A stretch of 64,000 nt of DNA from Azolla caroliniana (Eukaryota > Plantae > Polypodiophyta). The stretch lies in NCBI GenBank assembly GCA_043228905.1, contig JBHGNT010000012.1, positions 868,001 through 932,000 of the forward strand, read 5' to 3'. The notes beneath the pieces were generated by a model, which saw only the letters and a program-made list of their open reading frames with translations, ran no database searches and had not been told where the DNA came from. Within the stretch, counting starts at the first letter, position 1. Every line of letters begins with the position of its first letter. Shown piece after piece: positions 54,382-64,000 of the stretch. The position numbers were made by a program, and so were the translations under genes.

Positions 54382-55199
54382 ATCTAAGATTTAATGGACT
54401 AGGTTAACAAGAATTAGTTGATCACACTAATGTTCAAAGTAACTTGAGCTCATGGACAATGAGATAAAATATCTAGTTTGAGCAAGATTTCAAACATAAA
54501 GCTAAAAAAACTAGGTAAGACATGGCTAGCTCTTGTACACTGAAGCATCGTTTTTCATGATGACACACCTAATGATTGACACTTTTTAACCAACTTGATC
54601 AATACTAACTTTTCCCTCCACAAGCAAGATATTTAAACACATAATTTTTGTCCACAACCATGTGAGGCTTCTTGTTAACATTGTTGTATCCTAGATCCAG
54701 AAGTAAAGGAAATTGTCATCCACTTCTCAAAAAGTCATGAATATCTTATGTGAAAGTGAATTCATAAATCTTCAATTACAAAGCATTATGTGCCTTGTAT
54801 CTTATGTACTATCTTCATTCACAAAGCATTATCTACCTTTGAGGTATACCCAACTATTTTTAATTTTGATTCTTTGCTTTGTATTGCTAGCAATTGTGCA
54901 TACAATAGGGCTTTCTCTTGAAAGAGCAACACCATGTTTCCCAACTTGATATGCCACAAACATTCACACTTGACATTACCATAATGCACACTAAAGAATT
55001 ATTGATTACCTTATTGAGCAATGCAAGTGTTTACATACATTCATCTTAATTACATTGATGCCAATGTTCTTCAATCTTCATTCACGTCCTCTCAAATCTC
55101 TTAAATCTATATTTTCTACACTATTTTCTTAATTCATCTATTCATAATAAGTGAATCAGAGACAATACATTGGGCTAGGAGTTTGTTTGGTATACATTT

Positions 55200-56330
55200 T
55201 TCATCTCACTCACATCTTGCCTTTAACAATGGATAACTTGTTGAGACATCCTTTGACTTGGAATTTTCTCCTCTGATGCGAGAGGTTTTTTGCTTGGTAG
55301 TTGCCCTAGGCTAAATTGGGGTGCTTTGGATGCATTAATTGCATGTAATGTTCTTTCATTGGGATGTCATGTTATGAATCAACCGTTACAATATTTATCG
55401 ATGCATTCAGTTCGAAGAGGTGCTATTATGTGTAATGATATGCAAGTGGCATTGGGACAATTTATGGGGTCATGGTCCCCCTCAAGTAATAAGATATGGT
55501 TTGGTTATTTTTCTCCTTTAAAGGTTATTTTAGGAGCTAAAGTAACTAATGCTACGAATGATGCTATGTATTTTAATGTTGATGAGGATGGTAGGTTGTG
55601 GCATGTATACTCTGCATCAGATGTGTGGATGTTTGCCAACACTTTGGCTATTTGAGTAGTTGCAAGATCAGGGAAAAATGGTCTTTAGATCCACCCTTTC
55701 AAGAATGCTTGTTGTATTACTCATTGTGGGTTTTTTTAAAAAAACCTCTTCATAATTTGGAATGGGATCCTGCTGATTATCAATGGAAAACGCCGAGTTT
55801 TGGTGAAAATGGTAAACATTTGGAGTTTTTCCAATATTCGGTTAAGGTAGATAGAAATTTGTTGTTGCAATCAAAATATAAATGCCCTACTGTCATGAAG
55901 CACTAGTTTGAGAATAATGTGCAAGAATTACAACTTGCAAAATTTTGGAAATGATTGTGGAGCATGCATTTGCCGAATAAAGTTATTTTCTTTCGTTGGT
56001 TGTTGATTCATTATACTCTTCCTGTTGGTGATTGGTTGAGACAACATCAACAATATGCTTGTGGATTGCATTATGGCGCACCTACGAAATTGATTTTGCA
56101 TGTGTTTTGGTTATGTCCTAAGATTGAGAAATTTTGGAGTAAGTTGTTTTTATTGTTGAGACAACACTACTCTCGTTCAATATTCTCTTAGGGCACAATA
56201 TTGTGGGGTGTCCTTCATGGAGAGGTTATGAGGTATGAAAGTACGCATGCTTCTCATGTTTTTCGGTTTTCTTCTGGACACCTCTCTCTCACCTTGTTTC
56301 CTTCTTCTATTCCACGGTTCAGATTTAAAA
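55200..56330 (+). mobile_element. Decayed L1-type LINE ORF2 3' region (zf-RVT)
   Basis: WSMHLPNKVIFFRWLLIHYTLPVGDWL..HVFWLCPKIEKFWSKL matches the zf-RVT pattern. Confidence 0.75.
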
Positions 56331-57204
56331 ATCTTCTTTTCCACGGTTATGAGAGAGAGAGCAAAGTGCATAGCTAAATGCTTAATCAAAATTGCAACCA
56401 AATGATGAAAGGGCCTTTGTTCTATTTTCTCATAAATGTGATGGAGTCGTTAGTGAATATGATGACTAAGAGGAAATGAATTATGATTCATGACTCCAGG
56501 AATATTAGTATCATACTGGCATTAGACAATGTGTACATACTACAACAAAGTTGGATCTGTGACAAAGGATTATCCTATATTCCTGAACCAGTTTAAAACA
56601 TACCTATTTGTCTTTCAAATTTTCATATATCAAGCACAACCCTTCCTAAAAGTTTATTTTTAGTCCATTACTAAAAGTGTACCTGATGCAATGGATTCTA
56701 AATTTGTGGCCGAAGATTTGATGCCCAATATCTGTTTCTGAACTTCCAATTCCTCTTTTTCTTTTAGGAACGAATTGTACATCACTTGAATAGGTATCAA
56801 AGCGCATACCCTGCATAAATGTTAAGACATGAGATTACACTATCATTACAAAATGCCATGAATGCCTAAAAGGAAAGACATCAACAACCTCCAATATTAA
56901 ATATCTTTCCATGTCTCTAAAAAAGAATCAAGTAACCACATTAACAGTCAATACGTTCATATTTTACATATATGAGAGCACTAGTAGTAGACCCTCCCTA
57001 GGGACATCCATTAATCGAATGAAATGAGCATTCAATAACTTAATGCTGGAAGTTTATCTTTGATCAGAGGTCATATGAGTCTATTCTTCAAAGGCCGAGA
57101 GGTCCCATCAAAGTGTAAGTCATAAGATAAATAAGAAAACTATAATAATGTCTTCTCCTAATTCTGAAATTTCCAAACAATCATCTTAAATATTGCCTCA
57201 ATCC

Positions 57205-59929
57205 ATAACTAATAGATAGTCTTCAGAAGGAGAAATGCAGCAGACAGGAAAGGAAAAGGCCGCATATGGCGCAAACAGTGTGACCATAAATAACAACAGG
57301 TGATCCAAGCACGAGCAGGAGGTCGACTGCGGACCAATATATAACAACAGGTGATCCTTGGTAGTGCAGGTACAGGGGTTTGATTTAGGGTTTGAGATTA
57401 AATCAATCGGAACTTCGTCATACTCTGTACGCGGCTTTCTCTCGGAGGAAGCGGGATAACATACTCGATATTCAATTCATGTCTCGAGGATGTTACCACG
57501 TGGAATTTGCAAGCGAGGAGCCAGTCACAAGGCTACTCACAATTAAGGAGGTGGGCGTGGAAGGTGCGTGGTTATCTTTTCGTAAATGGTCTCATAATGT
57601 TAAGATAGATGACATATTGCAGGATCAAGAGTCTAGTATAATGGTATTTATGGCGATATTCCCTGCATTGAGGAAGGAGTGGAGGAATGTTCTTCCTCGT
57701 ATTGGGGCTTTATTAGGTAAGGTCATTGCTACGCGCAATGGACAGGTGGATGGGGTCCCTATTGTTCAGTTGATCGCACCACGATCTGTTCGGTTGCCGA
57801 CAACTATTGCTTTACCTAACTTACTTATAAATAAATCACCGGTTGTGCAAAAGGTATATTATCAAGGTTTGCCTAATCAATGTTTTGTGTGTCGGCATTT
57901 TGGTCATTTAAGTCGAGATTGTCAGAATCAACGCCCGAATGATGAAGTACATTCAACTACTCGACTAAATGTTAAGAATGAGGTGATTATGACAGTTATA
58001 AGGCTTGTAGAAACACAACTATTCGGAAAAGATGGAGAATTCGTCGAGTTTGGTCAGCTATTCCTATAATGTTAAATGTAGGAGTTGAGGTCAGGTGGAA
58101 CTACGTACCACCTTGATGGTTGTTCCTGCCACCGACACCATTCTTACTACAAACAACATGAGTTAACATGGACGAGGCGGTTGCGGCATGTAGGAAGGCT
58201 CTTGGAATGTACAAGGATTTTAGCAGGAGTCGGCAGAAATCTTGAGATAATTGGAGATAGCGAGATGGTGGATGTGGACATGACAAAGCTAGTTTTATGT
58301 TTTTATGAGCAGGATGAGTGATGTTGGTGTGGGGGATGAAGCATATTATTATGAGAAGGTGAGGAATTTTTTACACTCATCTTTTGACTGTCAGTACAGG
58401 ATTTGCTCAGTAATCGACATGGCAAAAGGGTTAGTGAGATGCTGCAGATGTGGGCTGAGTTAAGAAGATGTTATGGTTCTCATAGGTTGAGGGATGATGG
58501 CGATGGGGTTCGAAGCATAAGTGTCATGACGAGAGAATGAGTGGTGATGGTGTGAGGGCTAAAGCAAATCATGAGGGGATGAGGAAAACATTTTTCACTT
58601 ATTTTGATTGTTATTTGGACAGGACCTTGGTGGATTTTAGTGGTAATAGGTGGAAATTCTTCAAAGATAATCGGAGATAGTGAGATGGTGAATGTGGACA
58701 TGACGAAGTTGGTTTTCTGTTTTTGTGAACGGGATGAGTGATGTTGGTGTGGGGGATGAAACAGATTATTAGGAGAAGGTGGGAAATTTCTTTTTTCACT
58801 CATTTTTTGGAAGTCACTACATGATTTCGCAGTAATCGATGAGATGGCAAGAGGGTCAGCAAGATGCACTTCAAATGTGGGTTGAGTTAAGAAGAAGTTA
58901 TGGTTCTCATAGGTTGAGGGATGATGGTGGTGGGGTTTGAAGCACATTTGTCATGATAGGAGGATGAGTGATGATGGTGTGAGGGCTGAAGCAAATCATG
59001 AGGGGATGAGGAAACAATTTTCACTTATTTTGTTATTGGTACAGGACCTTGCTGGTAATTGGCTAGATGGTTGATGTGGACAGAATGAAGCAATTTGTCT
59101 ATTTTTATGAGTGATGATGGTGGGGGGGGGCCGAAGCAAATCTTGAGGGGATGAGAAACACACGAGACTCTTTTTGTTGTTATTTTTACAGGACTTTGGT
59201 GGTAAGTGGCGAGATGGTTGATGTGGACCGATCGAAGCAGAATTTTGTTTTGTGATAAGGTTGAGTGAAGATGGTGGGGGATCGAAGCCGATTTTCTTGT
59301 TGAGGTGAGGAGGACATAGATCATCTTGTTTTAGGGAGATTCATTACAAGTACATTTTCAATGTTAGTGGAGATGAAGGACATGCTCGTTGCGATATGGG
59401 AGATGATAGATGGGGGCTATCCAAGGCGGCCCATCACGTTTTATCCCAAGCGGCAGGTGCATCATGTACTATTTTCGTGTCTTCAACTGTTACAGTTGAA
59501 GAAGATCTTGTTGTATAAAACATTTGACAAATAGCAACAGCCTTACCACCATGATATGTATTCTCTTGGGCTGTAGGAATTTGGTTATATGTTGAGTATG
59601 GATAGAGCGAAGAGCTTTAGTATATGCGGAATCACATTCAGCCAATGTTGGCTGCAACATGAAAGGTTTTTAGAAACCATAACAAGGGCTAATTGAAGAT
59701 GGGTTTCAGACACTTCATACTACAGATATGGTCTCATGGAATCCTAGCTTGTTGTAGCAAAGATGGTGTTGGCAAAGGCTGAGTCTTGCCAAATGCCATC
59801 GTTGATAGTTAGTCCTTTTTTTGATGATATATATTATGGAGTGGAAATTATTATGTACAATTTGTACATTGCCTTTGGCATTGTTAATTTTAATACCAAT
59901 GGAGCATATTTTTTATTGAAATAAATAAA
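57205..59929 (+). mobile_element. L1-type LINE with 18-bp TSD; ORF1 retained, most of ORF2 replaced by a repeat block
   Basis: TAAATATTGCCTCAATCC at 57187-57204 and 59930-59947; ORF1 with RRM-like region and zinc knuckle CFVCRHFGHLSRDC; (TAAA)n tail. Confidence 0.85.
58205..59300. repeat. GT-rich diverged tandem repeat (about 420-bp unit twice, plus shorter sub-units)
   Basis: GGATTTTAG..GGAGATAG(C/T)GAGATGGTG(G/A)ATGTGGACATGAC at about 58214 and 58632; sub-units continue to about 59300. Confidence 0.85.
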
Positions 59930-59958
59930 TAAATATTGCCTCAATCCGGCTATGTACT

Positions 59959-60365
59959 TCACAATTAGCAACACCGAACCGAACCGCGAAACTGTGGGCT
60001 TAACGGTTTGAATGGTTCGGTTCGATTCAAGTTCAGGTTTTTTTTAACGGTTCAGATCAATTTCAACAGTTAGAAACCACTTTTTTTAAAATTATTATTA
60101 TTAAAACAACCTTTTCATTTTCAAGCTTTATTCTCACATTTTAGAAAAAGCTTTCAAATTTTGAAAAATTAAAATTAATGAAATATTTTAAATTTTGAAT
60201 TTTGAACTAAGTTGAAAATTGAAACCGAACCACGAAACCGCGGTTTTAATGGTTTCATTTTCTTTAAAACGGTTTGGTTTAACGGTTTCGTGGTCTGGTT
60301 CAAGTTTCAAATTTTTTAAATGGTTCAATTTTGACATTCTCAAACTGAACCGTTGCCGATTGTTA
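59959..60365. mobile_element. hAT-type MITE with 8-bp TSD TATGTACT
   Basis: TSD at 59951-59958 and 60366-60373. The right TIR TTGCCGATTGTTA is identical to the 28708 end; the interior is AACCG-rich. Confidence 0.88.
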
Positions 60366-60539
60366 TATGTACTTGTGTAAAAAGTGTAATGTATCATTTG
60401 ATAGGAACATTCTGTGATATTTAAGATATGGAGTGAGGGTATATCTTGAAATTGTTGATAAACTCATGCTATTGTGAATTAACCAAATTCCATCTTCCTC
60501 TTTTATGTACATGTGACCTTAGGGGTTATAGTTAGAACT

Positions 60540-60725
60540 TAGGAATCGGTAAGGGTTCGGTTTCGGCTTAACCGTTTTGGCCTTGTCCAAACCAAACCAC
60601 TTAGCTTAAACCAGTTTGGGAGTTTCCAAACCTAGACCGAACCTGTTCTTAAACCGGTTTAGGTTACCATTTGAAACAGTTTAACGGTTCGGTTTAGGCT
60701 TGAGCCGAGCCATTGCCGATTCCTA
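60540..60725. mobile_element. hAT-type MITE (TAGGAATCGG subfamily)
   Basis: TIRs TAGGAATCGGTAA..TTGCCGATTCCTA; no clear TSD. Confidence 0.8.
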
Positions 60726-63700
60726 CTTAATGGGACAAAGATGAAGGTTTTATACGTGTTTATGAATAACCCAAAAGAAAAGCTCGGTCTGCATTGTTGG
60801 ATAACACCTAACTCGTCAAGGAATGGTGTGTTTGCGCACACGTGTTGTATGTGTTGGAGAGAGTGATGCATATATGTGTGGTCATCTAGTATGCACCATT
60901 AATTAAGAGAGAGGTTGCATATGTGTATTCTAGAAGGTGTCCCATTATATAGAGCTCCAATATATGTAGGAGTTTTACGTATAGAGTCAATGCACATCTC
61001 TCCTATCTCTAACCAATATACAAATTTTTTCTTTGTAGTGTAGCATGCGTGCTTGATACTTTCAATAACTAAAAAGATTCAACAATGGGATTTGTAGATA
61101 GGTTAAAGATGAAGTTATTTATTTATTTTTATGCAACATTTGCACAAAAGTATGTGTTTCCCTATGTAAGTAAAATCTATGTGTCGTTGACAAGTTCAAA
61201 TTGTGATCCAAAGTAATAATACAGCCATACGATGTGCAAAGCACAATACGATGCACTTTCCCGTGTTCTTCTAACATTTGAAACATATAAAAACTTGTGT
61301 TCTTTTTGGGGCTGCCCTAAGTGAAAGGCTAAAGCCCACGAGGTAGTGTAATTATTTCTCTTAGTGATAAAATAAGAACTTCTAGTTTCTTTTTTGGATA
61401 TCCATGTAAAATATGTTATTTCTCACATGTCAATAATTTCTCCTTTCTTTATTATATAGTTATAATGTCCCCTTATTCTACACTTTTTTAGGCATAAATT
61501 CATGTTTTAAAACATCTGTGAAGCATGAGAATTTGTATATTGTTTACTTGATTGTTTTAGCATCAAGTGTGGCCTATCAACCTGGATTTAGTTTCGGAAA
61601 CCGTTGACGATAGTGTATAATAATACGTATATCTCTATAGATAATGATGTTTCATGTTTTTTCCACTGATTATAATTTTACCTGCAACTATACCATCAAC
61701 AAAAGGTCATAAACCAACAAATAAAAAATAAACCACATTTCACACTACATATATTACATATGTTGCACCAAACTATAAAAATGGCCTTCTTCTCTGAATC
61801 GGTATACTTCGTTGACTTTAATACATGGTAGAACCCATATGTTGTCCACCATCCTTACCATTGTTTTATTATGACTTATCTATCATTATCTTGATGTGGG
61901 ACGAGACGTTGGGGCACGTATGAGGAAATTTGTTGAGTAAGTATATTTTAGCATAAAAACGTTTTGGAGTCGGAGCATCACACTTTGATACATTGTGTTG
62001 CATTAGACTACATTTGAGTTTTCCACACATTGTCATATCTAATCCATCCTCTATATGCAATCTTCTCACAATCACAATGTGCACTCGATTGCAACATTTA
62101 TAAGTAAAATGGTTAAACATCAAGAATCCCTAGTCAATTCCGCACATATTATGTAAAAATGCTTTGACCATTAGTCATAAATGTCATAACTAACTTGAAG
62201 GGCAATAATAAAATCTATATCTCATTGTCTTCCTCCCCACCATTCATCCCATGCCCCTAGAGGTTAGGGGCCAAGGCTTCAAACTAATCTAATAGATTTT
62301 CTCTAAAAGACTATCTTCAAATCGTATGCTTATATTGTAAAGATGACCATTTTCACTCATTCTCTTCGAACTAATCGATGTCTTTATCTGCTCTCTTGTA
62401 ATCTCTCTTTCTCACTTTTGTTTTTCATAACCATTATCATCATTGATTTAATCTCTCTCATTACAACCACAATGCCCATTCACCTAAAAGTCATACATGT
62501 CAAGTTTTAATCTTTCTTATAATAGATTTCAAATTTTTTATGGCAACAAATCGATGGGCACAATTTTATATTTGTCCTAGTCACATTAATTTTGTTCAAG
62601 ACAAACTTTGAAATATTATGTAGTTTTTCTTATTTTCCTCCCAACTTCCATGAGTTTTCTTTGCTTACCTTCAATATTTCTAAAACTAGCACTATGCTGA
62701 ATAGTGTTAGTTTGGGACTGACAAGGATCATTGGGGAAATATTAAAACTTGAGATTTGGGGAATTTAATCAGCACATGTGAAGTGTATCTAAGTTTGTCT
62801 TTTTTTGTTAAATATCTCCTCAATCCTTCTTCAAGGTACTCTTTCTGTATGTGGTATACCATTTTGGTCCACAAATGAACCATTTGCAAAAAGTTGGTTA
62901 TGTTTGCGGATGGATAACTTCCATCATAACCAGATATTCACAACATATTTCCATGTTTCATATTTATCTTATACTTGAATGACTTCTGACCAATGAATAC
63001 CTATACCTGAAACCGACGCGATTGGGTAGGAAGAGAATACCTAGGGGTGCAAGACAACTTTCAGATAACTTTACAAATCAAAATTATAACTCAACGAATT
63101 TTGAAATGATAAAATTATATACTTTTATTAAGATCTTCTATACATTTATGAAGCTTTAGAAGACATTGTATGTGTCTAAATTCACGGTTTTTTATGAGGT
63201 ATTTGGAATGAGATGTATTATCTGACTAATTGGATGCCACTAAGCATAATTTGTCCTTTGAGATGTTGTATAAACTTTGAAAGATACCCATGGCTCATTG
63301 ACACTTGAAGGGTATTCATAATTGATTTCGATCTCTCTTTTTCTCCATTATATATATATATTTGGTATGTGTTTAACGATAAAGAAAACCTCAAGATTCA
63401 AGGCACAACCAAAATGTTAATAAAACTTGATTTGCCCTCTCATGGACCCTCAAAGAATTTAGATTGCACTCAATTCAATTACTATATTATAGAAGGCAAT
63501 AACAATAATATTGTCCATTTATCCCCATAAAAAAGTTTTTGGGAACCAATGATACTCTATTTAACTCTCAAAATAATAATTAGTATGAAGTTCAATTTTT
63601 GTTGCAACTTGATGAATAAAATGAACGCAAAGGAGAGAGAAAAGAAGAACGATGAGGCAAATAGGAGCTAACAACAAGAGATGAATTATAGTACAATTCC

Positions 63701-64000
63701 ATTTTCGCACGAGGTTAAAACTTTTTTTCATTGCAAATTCATCGAATGCATGTACTAAAGTAAGATGTGAAATTATGGATTCAAGCATTAGCGTATGTTG
63801 TTACAATAATTTATGTACAAGAGATCAAAATCTATATAAGGAACGTCAAACACACGTGTGCCCAAAGATTTGAACACATTTGAGGAGGAGACAACATTAC
63901 AATGTGAAATTTGAGGTGGGGTCATCATAGGACATGGAGCATGTGATCCATGATGTTGTAGTAGTGGGAGGGGAGTGCCCGTGGGGGGATTATGTGTAGC

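Noticed and set aside
61800-63800. Possible decayed DNA transposase (MULE/Harbinger/hAT)
   Set aside because: Only short ORFs, with no convincing catalytic motif, TIR or TSD.

Overview
Repeat-rich nuclear DNA from a land plant. The AT-rich spliceosomal introns, a PLS-type PPR remnant and the TE families suggest a non-seed plant, probably a fern (inference). Two intact spliced genes lie on the minus strand: an IST1-like ESCRT-III-associated protein (3514-6182) and an ankyrin-repeat SKIP35-like protein (17717-22009). A large plus-strand gene spans about 36.2-54.4 kb. Its last five exons splice into a stop-free reading frame of about 667 aa that resembles, by eye, the animal PI3K-gamma adaptors p101/p84 (PIK3R5/6) and the PACS C-terminal domain, with DAG-kinase-type motifs. 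Its upstream exons keep mostly compatible splice phases but carry in-frame stops. This gene is the most notable feature because plants lack class I PI3K. The rest is transposon debris: a multi-level nest (chromoviral Ty3 > Ty1/copia > foldback MITE > hAT MITE, plus a second Ty3), solo LTRs, L1-type and RTEX-like LINEs with TSDs, a recurring hAT MITE family, a 5S-rRNA-derived (Cassandra-like) fragment, tandem duplications and microsatellites. All homology calls come from manual motif recognition, not database searches.
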